Shown in pieces: positions 1-9,346 of a stretch of DNA of 64,000 bases (position 1 is its first letter; each line of letters starts with the position of its first letter). Under the pieces are notes generated by a model that did not search any database, was not told the origin of the DNA, and worked only from the letters and a program-made list of their open reading frames with translations. The position numbers and the translations under genes were made by a program. Origin of the DNA: Candidatus Latescibacterota bacterium. Its GTDB lineage: Bacteria > Latescibacterota > UBA2968 > UBA8231. The stretch is taken from the NCBI GenBank assembly GCA_965204725.1, contig OZ242005.1:4192001-4256000 (forward strand), given 5' to 3'.

Positions 1-51
1 CAATGGCTTGAATTAGCCAATAAAAATGGATGGATAAAATCCAGTGATTGA
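1..51 (+). CDS. 3' end of an upstream gene (partial), possibly the partner endonuclease of the MTase
   Basis: Frame 1 is open (QWLELANKNGWIKSSD*) and its stop overlaps the MTase start; same low GC. Function is a guess from context. Confidence 0.3.
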   Translation, partial: QWLELANKNGWIKSSD

Positions 52-985
52 ACAAAAAATAATCTTGGGAGAGGCCGTCTCTGAAATGCAAAAGATCGGC
101 TCTGAGACTTTTGATCTTATCATTGCCGATCCCCCTTATAATTTGGGAAAAGACTATGGCAATAATCGTGATACTAAAGGCTTTGAAGAATATTTGGCAT
201 TCTCAAAAAATTGGATCAAAGAAGCCCATAGACTCCTAAAGGCCGATGGAACGATTTATGTTTTTATGGGATTCCGGTTTATTTCTTCTCTGTACGATCT
301 ATTAGATAGAGAATTTGGAATGTTCTTCAATAGCTGGATCGTGTGGCACTATACGCAAGGGATAGGTAAAAAGAGGGGCTTCTCTCCTCGCCACGACGAT
401 ATTCTAATGTTCACAAAAACAAAAAATTTTATTTTTAATTTAGATGATATTCGCGTACCGCAAAAATACTATCGTGAGCGCAACAACATGCGAGGGGCAA
501 ATCCAGGCGATGTTTGGGAGTTTTCGCACATTCACTACTGTAATGAGAATAGGCAGAATCATCCAACTCAAAAACCGGAAGGGCTAATGGAGCGAATGAT
601 ACTGGCTTCAAGTAATGAAGGATCGCTGGTTCTCGACCCATTCCTAGGTAGTGGAACCACACTTAGAGTATGCCAACAACTCAACCGAGTCGGCGTCGGG
701 ATTGAATTGAACCCTGACTACATAGAAATGTCGCAAGACCGCTTGCAAAAGGAGTTTGTAGGATTCGATAGTATTGATCCAAGGATGGAACGCGTTCCCC
801 TTGATTTGCGTAACGAGTCTATTAGAAAGGCGTATCTTGAAAATCATAAACATTGGTTCTTGCGCGGCCACGAGAACGCTCTTAGAGACTTTGAGAAATC
901 CATTGAGTCTCTTTATCCAAATAAGCCGAAAAAACCGAAAAAACTGACATTACTCGAACAAAAAGAGCAATATAAGACCCAATGA
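44..985 (+). CDS. Site-specific DNA methyltransferase, N4/N6 beta class
   Basis: Motif IV DPPY near the N-terminus, HPTQKP, and motif I DPFLGSGTT later (beta order); low GC. Confidence 0.93.
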   Translation: MIEQKIILGEAVSEMQKIGSETFDLIIADPPYNLGKDYGNNRDTKGFEEYLAFSKNWIKEAHRLLKADGTIYVFMGFRFISSLYDLLDREFGMFFNSWIVWHYTQGIGKKRGFSPRHDDILMFTKTKNFIFNLDDIRVPQKYYRERNNMRGANPGDVWEFSHIHYCNENRQNHPTQKPEGLMERMILASSNEGSLVLDPFLGSGTTLRVCQQLNRVGVGIELNPDYIEMSQDRLQKEFVGFDSIDPRMERVPLDLRNESIRKAYLENHKHWFLRGHENALRDFEKSIESLYPNKPKKPKKLTLLEQKEQYKTQ

Positions 986-1023
986 GAGGACGCCGGATCT
1001 CATAATGGACCAACACCCATAGC

Positions 1024-1854
1024 CTAAAGGCCGATCTGCTCGGCGGGCGCGTTGGGCATGCCCGGATGCGAGCCGCCGGCGTTTTTGGCGAGGTTGCCGC
1101 CGTCTAGAGGGAGCATCGCACCGGTGATCCAAGCCGAGGCGGCCGAGGCGAGGAAAATCGCTGCCCCCTTGATGTCGTTGGAGTCGCCAAGGCGGCCCAT
1201 GGGGAGGCCGCGCAAATAGGTTTCGCCCAGCGCGGGATCCGCGGCGATGCGCTCTTTGAGGTCCGCGTTCATTAGCTGGGCGCAGACAATGGCGTTGACG
1301 CGCACGCCCTTGGCGGCCCACTCCGTGCTCAGTTCGCGGGTCATCTGCGCGGCACCGGCCATGCCCATGCTGTACGCGAGGTGGTTGCGGCCGAGGGCGT
1401 TGATGCCGGCGATCGACACGAGGTTGATGATGCTGCCGCCGTCGCCCGAGGCCATCATGCGCCGGCCGGCCTCTTGACAACAGACCAAGCGGCCAACGAC
1501 GAGGTTTTGCAGGGTAAACTCGACCTGTTCGGGCGTCAGGTCGAGCGGGGTATTGCGCCGCGCATTGCCGGCAACGTTGCCGACGATGTCAATGCGACCA
1601 CACTCTGCGTCTATCAATTCAAACAGGGTGCGGATCTGATCGGGTTGGGACATGTCGCACGTCACCGGGAGGACGCGGCGGCCCAAGGCACCCATTTCGC
1701 GAGCCGCTGTGGCCAAGCCATCGGCGTTGAGGTCAGCCAAGACGAGGTCGGCCCCTGCTTCGGCAAAGCCCGTAGCCATGGCCTTGCCGAGGCCACGAGC
1801 CGCACCCGAGACTAAGGCGACGCGATTGGATAGGTCGAAGAGTGGATGGGACAT
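1024..1854 (-). CDS. SDR family NAD(P)-dependent oxidoreductase
   Basis: SGAARGLG Rossmann motif, SIAG and YSMGM catalytic region, ITGAMLPLDGG tail; AGGAG RBS before ATG 1854. Confidence 0.9.
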   Translation of the reverse strand: MSHPLFDLSNRVALVSGAARGLGKAMATGFAEAGADLVLADLNADGLATAAREMGALGRRVLPVTCDMSQPDQIRTLFELIDAECGRIDIVGNVAGNARRNTPLDLTPEQVEFTLQNLVVGRLVCCQEAGRRMMASGDGGSIINLVSIAGINALGRNHLAYSMGMAGAAQMTRELSTEWAAKGVRVNAIVCAQLMNADLKERIAADPALGETYLRGLPMGRLGDSNDIKGAAIFLASAASAWITGAMLPLDGGNLAKNAGGSHPGMPNAPAEQIGL

Positions 1855-1998
1855 GACAGCCTCCTGACTTTGTTGGGCTTCAGAACATAGGGGCACGAGT
1901 AGCCGAGGCCAAGCCCTGCTGAGCTTGCGGCGATTTGTTCGCACGCTCTATATTTGCTGCCGCAAAAGCCAATATGACCCCTGCCAGAGGAGGATTCG

Positions 1999-2370
1999 AT
2001 GGTACACAAAATCCACAAGATCGCGGTCATAACTGATGATATTGAAGGAGCCGTGGCGTTTTACACGCAGAAACTGGGGCTGACCGTGGTGGAGCGCTTT
2101 GCAACCGAGGACGACGAAGACTATGTCTTCCTCGACGCCGGCGGTATCCTGCTCGAACTCATGCCGCAAAAGACGGTGGAGCAGGCCCCCGGCTTCCACC
2201 ACATCTCTTTTGCGGTTGATAGTGTGGAGGACAGCGCACAGGAGTTGAAGGACAAGGGGGTCACCATCACCAAGGAGCCTTTTGACGTCGGCGGAGGGAC
2301 CGGTATTACCTTGGGGTTTTTCGAGGGGCCGAACCAACTGAACCTACAACTCTTCCACCGCGAGCAATGA
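1999..2370 (+). CDS. VOC/glyoxalase family protein
   Basis: IHKIAV..DIEGAVAFY..KLGL, LELM, HHISFAVDSVE pattern; GAGGAG RBS. Confidence 0.88.
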   Translation: MVHKIHKIAVITDDIEGAVAFYTQKLGLTVVERFATEDDEDYVFLDAGGILLELMPQKTVEQAPGFHHISFAVDSVEDSAQELKDKGVTITKEPFDVGGGTGITLGFFEGPNQLNLQLFHREQ

Positions 2371-2377
2371 GGCCGTC

Positions 2378-3196
2378 ATGCGCGTAGCGAGAGCCGACCG
2401 GGCGAACATGCAGGAACTGAGCGACGTCCACGGCGGCACCGGGACGATCCTCTTCAATAGCCTGTGGGGCCGCGCCGATTTTGAGACGCCCTTCGCCTTC
2501 GTCCACAGCGCGATCCTCTTGCCCGGCGGCGGGATTGGCTACCACCGACACGACGACAGCGAGGAAATTTTCATCGCCATTGACAACGCCTCGCAGTTCA
2601 CCCACAACGGGCGCACGGCCCTAGTCGAGGGCGGGGCCGCAGTGCCTTTGCGCTCGGGCGAAACCCACGCCATCTACAACCACACCGACCGCGAGACGCG
2701 CTGGTTCAACGTCCACTGTGTAGTTCCCGGCGGCACTCCCAAATCAACCGATCTGGGCGACGATCGGGTCGGTGCTGAATTGGAATCCACCGACCGCCTG
2801 CCGGTGGGGCGGCTGGACCGCACGGCCCTGAAATACGGCCAAGCGCACGGCGGCCAAGGCAACGTCGGCGGCCGATGTATATGGGGGCCGGAGGATTTCC
2901 GCAGCAATTTCTACAGTTTGGTCCACTGCCTGTTGCCGCCGGGCACATCGCTCGGCTACCACCGGCACGAAGGCGTCGAGGAGGTCTATATCATCATCGA
3001 GGGCAGTGGGCGGATGACAGTGGACGAGGAGACGCAGGAGGTCGCTCAGTGGGACGCGATTCCCAGTCGGCTGGGAGGCAGCCACGGCCTCTATAACCAC
3101 ACGCGAGAACATCTCGAATTGTTGGTCGTCGCCGTCTGTGCCGAGAAGGGGCAGTTCGACTCAACGGACCTCGGCGACGATCTAAGCCAACGCTAA
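2378..3196 (+). CDS. Bicupin (two cupin domains) protein
   Basis: Two GYHRH..xEE motifs, each followed by a H[AG][IL]YNHT motif. Confidence 0.85.
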   Translation: MRVARADRANMQELSDVHGGTGTILFNSLWGRADFETPFAFVHSAILLPGGGIGYHRHDDSEEIFIAIDNASQFTHNGRTALVEGGAAVPLRSGETHAIYNHTDRETRWFNVHCVVPGGTPKSTDLGDDRVGAELESTDRLPVGRLDRTALKYGQAHGGQGNVGGRCIWGPEDFRSNFYSLVHCLLPPGTSLGYHRHEGVEEVYIIIEGSGRMTVDEETQEVAQWDAIPSRLGGSHGLYNHTREHLELLVVAVCAEKGQFDSTDLGDDLSQR

Positions 3197-3214
3197 CAGA
3201 AAGGACCAATCCTT

Positions 3215-4012
3215 ATGGCATCCGTGAAGATCACTTTTATCGGCCACGCTTCTTTTCGCTTTGAGTCCGACAAAGGCTCAGTCACTTACTTCGACGCTTG
3301 GCTCGACGACAATCCCACGGCCAAGATGAAGCTCAGTCAGGTTAAAGAAGCCGACATCGTCATCGCCAGCCACGGCCACAGCGACCACATCGGCGATTCC
3401 TACGAGATATGCAAGCGCACCAAGGCCAAGTTCGTCGGCAACTACGAGCTGTGCTCGGTCGCCGAGACCGTGCATGGGCTCAAGATGGGCTCGCGGGCGT
3501 TGTCGATGAACCCCGGCGGCGCAGTCAAGGTCAAGGACGCCACGATCACCATGGTACAGGGCCACCACTCCCAGTCGCTATCGCCGCACGTGATCGGCGG
3601 CGAGCTGCCGGCGGGGCTGCTCTTCCATCCCGACAGCGCAGTCAACGGCTTCGTCGTGGCTTATAACAACGGCATCTCCATCTACGACACGGCCGATACC
3701 TGCTTGTTCAGCGATATGCAGCTCATCGGCCAGATGTACGGACCGCAGATCGCGATTATGCCGGTGGGCGGGCAGTACACCATGGGGATCCGCGAGGCGG
3801 CGCGGGCGGCAAGCCTGATTCGCCCCGACATCGTCATTCCCTGCCACTACGGGCCGATTATGAAGCAACCGGCTGACATCGGCGCGTTGAGCGAAGCGGT
3901 GAAGTTTCTCTCGCCGAATACTAAGGTGGTAGAGATGCAGCCCGGGCAGACGCTGACCTATACGGCGAGTACCTATCGGATCGGTCGCCCAGGTGCTCGG
4001 CGCAAGCAGTAG
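3215..4012 (+). CDS. Metallo-beta-lactamase-fold metal-dependent hydrolase (UPF0173-like)
   Basis: ITFIGHASF, SHGHSDHIGD, ADT, GGQYTM and IPCHY motifs. Confidence 0.88.
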   Translation: MASVKITFIGHASFRFESDKGSVTYFDAWLDDNPTAKMKLSQVKEADIVIASHGHSDHIGDSYEICKRTKAKFVGNYELCSVAETVHGLKMGSRALSMNPGGAVKVKDATITMVQGHHSQSLSPHVIGGELPAGLLFHPDSAVNGFVVAYNNGISIYDTADTCLFSDMQLIGQMYGPQIAIMPVGGQYTMGIREAARAASLIRPDIVIPCHYGPIMKQPADIGALSEAVKFLSPNTKVVEMQPGQTLTYTASTYRIGRPGARRKQ

Positions 4013-4077
4013 GTCGGCACCAACCCTGTTCTCCTTTCCGCAACGGACCGTCCATCTGTAACCAAAGGATTACTGCC

Positions 4078-5202
4078 ATGTCGAGCACTCAAGCCCCCAT
4101 CGGTCCCAACGATGCGATTAAGGTCACCCAGATCGAGACGTTCGTCCTCAAAAACTCTTGGGTTTTCGTCAAAGTTTCGACGGACGCGGGCATTGCCGGT
4201 TGGGGCGAAATGCTCAAGGACGACGCCAAAGCCTGTGCGGCGGGTGCGCTCGAAGTTGCCGCTTACCTAGTGGGTAAAGACCCCCGTCCAGTCACCCACC
4301 ACTGGCAAGCCATTCACCGCGGTGCCTTCTATCGCGGCGGCCCGATCAAAACCGCGATTTCCTCCGGCATTGATATGGCCCTTTGGGACATCGCCGGAAA
4401 ATGCTATGGCGTGCCTGTGTACAAACTGCTCGGCGGTCCTACGCGCGAGCGGATTCGGGTCTATGGCGAAGTGAGCGAGCAGACCGGGGTCAACGCCATG
4501 AAGGTGGGGCCGGGCACGTCGCGTTCCCCCTTCAAATACATCGAGGGGCAAAAGTTCGTCGATGAGGTCGTCGAGCGGTTCAAGGCGCTCCGCGAACAAC
4601 ACGGCTCCGGCGTTGATATAGCCGTTGACTTTCACGGCGCGGTGCAGCCTCCGACCGCCCTGCTGCTCATCAAAGCACTCGAACCGTATCATCCTTGGTT
4701 CTACGAGGAAGTTGTGCAGGCCCTCAACGTCGATGTCATGGCCGAGCTCGCCGAAAAGACCCACATCCCCATTGCCACTGGCGAGCGCATCTTTACCAAG
4801 TGGGGGTTCAAGGAAATTCTCGAAAAGCGCGCCGCCCACATCCTCCAACCGGATGTTTGCTATGCCGGCGGCATCACCGAATTGAAGATCATCGCCGGCA
4901 TGGCCGAGGCGTACTACTCGCCGCTGGCCCCGCACAATCCCCAAGGCCCCTGTTCGCTGGCCGCGAGTTTGCAGGTGGCCGCTGCCATCCCCAACTTTCT
5001 CATCCAAGAGCGCGGCGACAACGAATACGCAGACCTGCTCGCCAAACCCTTGACCCCGGTCACCAACGGCCACCGACCCCTGCCCACCGATCCCGGTCTC
5101 GGCATCACCATCGACGAAGCCAAGCTCAGGGACCAAGTCGGCGAACCGCGCCCCTACCAAGCCCGCCTTGACCCCGACGACGGGTCGGTCGTGGACTGGT
5201 AG
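4078..5202 (+). CDS. Galactonate dehydratase-like, mandelate racemase/enolase superfamily
   Basis: FYRGGP, SGIDMALWDI.GK, VDFHG, ATGER, ILQPD, APHNPQGP. Confidence 0.87.
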   Translation: MSSTQAPIGPNDAIKVTQIETFVLKNSWVFVKVSTDAGIAGWGEMLKDDAKACAAGALEVAAYLVGKDPRPVTHHWQAIHRGAFYRGGPIKTAISSGIDMALWDIAGKCYGVPVYKLLGGPTRERIRVYGEVSEQTGVNAMKVGPGTSRSPFKYIEGQKFVDEVVERFKALREQHGSGVDIAVDFHGAVQPPTALLLIKALEPYHPWFYEEVVQALNVDVMAELAEKTHIPIATGERIFTKWGFKEILEKRAAHILQPDVCYAGGITELKIIAGMAEAYYSPLAPHNPQGPCSLAASLQVAAAIPNFLIQERGDNEYADLLAKPLTPVTNGHRPLPTDPGLGITIDEAKLRDQVGEPRPYQARLDPDDGSVVDW

Positions 5203-5299
5203 GAATGCCATGACACAAACTGAGCGATGTGCCTGCTATCGCGTCCAGCACTGCGGATAGGTCAGGGTGCCGGGGCTAGGTTCTTTCAACGAGACCACG

Positions 5300-6871
5300 A
5301 TGCGTTTTTTTAACACGAGTGGTCCGGTGGTGGCCGACGATCACTACTGCATCCCGCCGTTGGAGCGGCTGAACCTTGCTGAGGTGCGCCGGCTCATTCG
5401 CGACAAACGCTACTTCGTCCTACATGCGCCGCGACAGACGGGCAAGACCTCGGCCCTGCTGGCTCTGCGCGACCTGCTCAACGCCGAAGGGAACTATGGC
5501 TGCGTGTACGTCAACGTGGAGGGCGCACAAGCCCTGCGCGGAGACGTGGAACAGGCGATGCAGGTCATCTTAGGCGAACTGGCGTCTTGGGCGCGTTCGA
5601 CGCTGGGCGACGAGTTTCTGAACGATATTTGGTCGGACATCCTCGCCCAATTCGGCGCGGGTGCGCTGCGCGAGGCCCTGACGCGCTGGTCGGCGGCGGC
5701 TACCAAACCGCTGGTGCTGCTGATCGACGAAATCGATGCCCTGATCGGCGATTCGCTGCTGTCGGTGCTGCGGCAGTTGCGGGCGGGCTACGTGCGTCGG
5801 CCCGGAGAATTTCCGCAGAGCGTGGTGTTGTGCGGGGTGCGCGACGTGCGCGATTACCGCATTCAATCAACGGCCGAGAACGCCATCATCACCGGCGGCA
5901 GCGCGTTCAACATCAAGGCGCGGTCGTTGCGGCTGGGCGACTTTTCCCGCGAGGAGGTGTTCGCCTTGCTGGGTCAGCACACCGCCGAGACCGGCCAAGC
6001 ATTCACCGCCGAGGCGGTGGAGACGGTGTGGACGCAGACCCAAGGGCAGCCGTGGCTAGTCAACGCACTGGCCGACGAAGCCTGCTTTTACGGCGACGCC
6101 CAAGACCGACGCCATCCGGTCACGGCCGATGCCATCCTCGCCGCGCAAGAGCAACTCATTCTGCGGCGCGAGACCCATCTGGACCAGTTGGCCGATAAGC
6201 TGCAAGAAGAGCGCGTCCGGCGCGTCGTCGAGCCTTTGCTGAGCGGCAGTCAAGCGCACTCCATGCCCTCCGACGACTTGATGTATGTCCGCGATTTGGG
6301 CCTGCTCAGCGCAGACAACCCGGCGCGTATTGCCAATCCCATATACCGAGAGGTCATTCCACGCGAGCTGATCCACACTACTCAAGCGACATTGGCCCAA
6401 GACCCGGCTTGGTATGTGGATGCGGCCGGCGGCTTGGACTTGGGTAAGCTGTTGTCGGCGTTTCAGGCGTTCTTCCGCGAGCACTCCGAGCACTGGGTGG
6501 AGCGGTTCGACTACAAGGAAGCGGGGCCGCAGCTTCTGCTACAAGCCTTTTTGCAGCGCATCGTCAACAGCGGGGGGCGGATCGAGCGGGAGTATGGCTT
6601 GGGGCGGATGCGCACGGATTTGCTCATTGTATGGCCGCAAGGGGAGCAGACGCGCCGGTTCGTCATTGAGTGCAAGGTGCTGCACCAGAGCTTGGAGCAG
6701 ACGATCGTCGCCGGGTTGACGCAGACAGCGGAATACTTGGACCGCTGCGGGGCCGAGGCGGGGCATCTGGTGATTTTCGACCGGCGCGAAGGTCGGCGTT
6801 GGGCCGACAAAGTATTTCACTGCCGCCGGGTAGCCGACAGCGGGGTGGAGATGGATGTTTGGGGAATGTGA
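5300..6871 (+). CDS. AAA-like ATPase with C-terminal PD-(D/E)XK nuclease-like domain
   Basis: MRFFNTSGP start, Walker A APRQTGKT, Walker B LLIDEID, C-terminal REY..GRMRTDL...VIECK. Confidence 0.85.
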   Translation: MRFFNTSGPVVADDHYCIPPLERLNLAEVRRLIRDKRYFVLHAPRQTGKTSALLALRDLLNAEGNYGCVYVNVEGAQALRGDVEQAMQVILGELASWARSTLGDEFLNDIWSDILAQFGAGALREALTRWSAAATKPLVLLIDEIDALIGDSLLSVLRQLRAGYVRRPGEFPQSVVLCGVRDVRDYRIQSTAENAIITGGSAFNIKARSLRLGDFSREEVFALLGQHTAETGQAFTAEAVETVWTQTQGQPWLVNALADEACFYGDAQDRRHPVTADAILAAQEQLILRRETHLDQLADKLQEERVRRVVEPLLSGSQAHSMPSDDLMYVRDLGLLSADNPARIANPIYREVIPRELIHTTQATLAQDPAWYVDAAGGLDLGKLLSAFQAFFREHSEHWVERFDYKEAGPQLLLQAFLQRIVNSGGRIEREYGLGRMRTDLLIVWPQGEQTRRFVIECKVLHQSLEQTIVAGLTQTAEYLDRCGAEAGHLVIFDRREGRRWADKVFHCRRVADSGVEMDVWGM

Positions 6872-6874
6872 GCG

Positions 6875-6916
6875 GGAGGCAGGGCTTGATTGCGAGGCCC
6901 GAATCAAGCCCTCTCC
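6875..6916. terminator. Palindromic hairpin between convergent genes (REP-like or bidirectional terminator)
   Basis: AGGGCTTGATT(6881-6891)...AATCAAGCCCT(6902-6912) perfect 11-bp stem, extendable by GGAG/CTCC. Confidence 0.55.
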
Positions 6917-6961
6917 TAACAGCCTGCTTTCGCTTTTGGGCAACGACCGCGACCGCTTCTA

Positions 6962-7095
6962 ACCATCGGGCGGTCCACGAAATCCCGCCAGCCCTCTCCG
7001 GCGAGGAAATTCAGGGCCGTAGAAAGGAGAACCGTGGAGTCTATGCCGACCGCGGTGCCGTAGGTAGCGGTGCGGACGAGGATGTGTGCGGTGCC
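6962..7095 (-). pseudogene. Fragment of a paralog of the adjacent GT-C-like membrane protein gene
   Basis: 134-bp ungapped similarity to 8973-9106; translates GTAHILVRTATYGTAVGIDSTVLLSTALNFLAGEGWRDFVDRPMV. Confidence 0.8.
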
Positions 7096-7185
7096 AGGTT
7101 GGGGCCATCAGAATATACTGCGGGGATACCCCCGCTTCAATCGCTGGGACAGCCTTTTCCCGTCGTCAACTTGGGGCATCCGGTA

Positions 7186-9169
7186 TCACCGGCCCGGCGA
7201 AAACTCCGCTTCCCAGACGGTGCGGTTGTCTTTGGAGATCCACTGGCCGGTCTGGATGCGGTCGATGGGGTAAGTGGGGAGATGGGCGATCGCAATACAC
7301 TGGTCGCCCAGCCGGAAGTTGAGGGATTTCCAAAGAGAACTCCAGCGGAAATAGAAGTCGAGATTCTCCGAACCGTACGGTTGGCGGTCGGCGGGCAGGT
7401 CGGCCGGGTCGGCCGGGACGACGTGCAAAATGAACTTGGCCTGCACGTCGGCGGGGGCGCATGGCTCTTTGCGGTAGATCAGCTTGCGTCCGGTGCGGTA
7501 CACGGTCCAGCCGGCACGGACCACTCGCTCGCTGGCCTGTTGGATGAGTTGGTTCACGTAGCGTTGTTTCCGAGCGCGAATCCTATCTTCGTCGAAGGGT
7601 GCGGCGGCTGTGCGGCGGAGTACGAAGCCGTCGGGCAGTTCGGCTACGACTTCTATGCCGGGCAGGAGACGGAGGTCCAAGGTGTCGTAGCCGAGAGAAG
7701 CTCGATAGGGCGACTTACCAAACCAAACGATATGCGCTCCGACCTCGATCTCGGCCCACCTCATCTTGCGCGGGATGTTTCTGTACTCTCTCGACTTTCT
7801 TAGGGCGGCAGTCCGATCCCAAAACCAAGCAATCCCGTCCCTGTTGCTGTAAATCCTGCCCTCGATATTGTCCCGGATATATTTCAGGGTCTCGGAGTGT
7901 TGGAAGCGGGCGGCATTGTACGGCCAGTCGCTGTACCCGGTGCCATAAGCTTGGGCGGTACGACCGAGGTTTGCTCGCGCCGAGAAGCCGACGTGGGCGA
8001 GGGTGGCCAGCACGACGAGGGACGCCAACCCGTAGCGGCCAGCCCCCAGCCAGCCCGTCGCCTTGATGGACAGGAACCGATCGAGCAAAAACACGGCCGT
8101 CAACAGCAGCGGCACGTATATCGGCAGTAGGTAGCGGCTATCGATGCCCTGTGCAACCGTGAGCGGCACGACGACGATGAGAAATACGAGGTAGAGCACG
8201 GCGAACCCCCCGAAAGGGAGAACCGGTCCCAACCCGAAGGACAGCGGCGCGGCCTCTGGGTCCTTCCGGCCGTTGTCGCTTGGGATGCGGGCGGCGCGGA
8301 GGATGACCGCCCCGCTGGCGAGGCCGACCGCGGCGACCGCCAGCCCCAGCAGATACGCCAACCCATCCGGCGTTGGGGGGACGATCCACGTGCGGAATTC
8401 CTCGACGGTCTGGCGCAGCCCATCGTCTGGGTACTGCCCCAGAGGCCTTAGGTGCCTTGTTCTGTCCCCGGTGGCTTGGGTCAGGTGCCCGGTGGCCGCC
8501 CAGTTGTGCGCCAATACCGCCAGCAGGGGCACAGACGAGATCGCGCCAAAGACGACGGTTTGCTTGCGCCGGGTGAGGCAGCAGGATGAGGACGCCAGTG
8601 CCAATCAACGCCACACCCGGCCAGCGGGTCAGGGCGGCCAGCGCGGTGAAAACCGCGCCTAACAGCAGGGGCGCGGTCGTCCTTCGGTTGAGGAAGGCCG
8701 CCAATTGGATCAAGGCGAGGAGCGTCAACAGGACAAAGAGGGGCTCGGTTATGAGGTGAGACGCCCAATAGGTCAAGGGCAAGGAAGCCACGAGGGTCGC
8801 AGTGGCGGCCAGCACCAACCACTGCGACCGGAGATTTGAGCGCAGCCAGCCCCCCGCGGCGAGGATGGTCAGCCCGAAGGCCGCGGCGTTGATCCACCGA
8901 CCTGCTTCCAGCGGATCGAGGCCGACCCAACCGAAGGCCGCCAGCAACAGGGGGAACAAGGGCGGCCATCCTACCATCGGGCCGCCCGAAAAATCCCGCC
9001 AGCCCTCTCCCGCAAGGAAGTTCAGGGGCGTGGATAGGAAAATTATAGAGTCCACGGTGATGACCGGGCCGTAGGTGGCGGTGCGGACGAGGATGTGTGC
9101 GGTGCCCAGCCCGGCGAGGACGACGATGAGCAGGGGGAAGCGGGCGAGCCACTTCTCCCCCTCTCTCAT
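7186..9169 (-). pseudogene. Polytopic membrane protein, ArnT/GT-C glycosyltransferase-like, split by a frameshift near 8575
   Basis: ORF 8138-9190 carries the N-half (DS..FLS...NF..G.G, WPPLFPLLLA, TEPLF, LTRWPG); ORF 7186-8604 carries the C-half (DSRYLLPIYVP, periplasmic tail) in another frame. Confidence 0.75.
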
Positions 9170-9346
9170 AAATTTATAAAAAACAATCACTTACGTCTTT
9201 AGTAGCCAAAAATTAGTGAACGTTTGGGAAGGAATTTTTAGGTCGGCCAGAACTTATCTATGCGCTTCTAGCCCTGTTCTATCGAGTTGACAATCAGATG
9301 CTTGCCGTGCCGAAACATCCGCAAGCGGTGCGTGATAATTCTCTTT

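Noticed and set aside
6962-9106. Diversity-generating retroelement TR/VR pair
   Set aside because: Mismatches involve all four bases and many are synonymous, not adenine-specific; no reverse transcriptase in the window.
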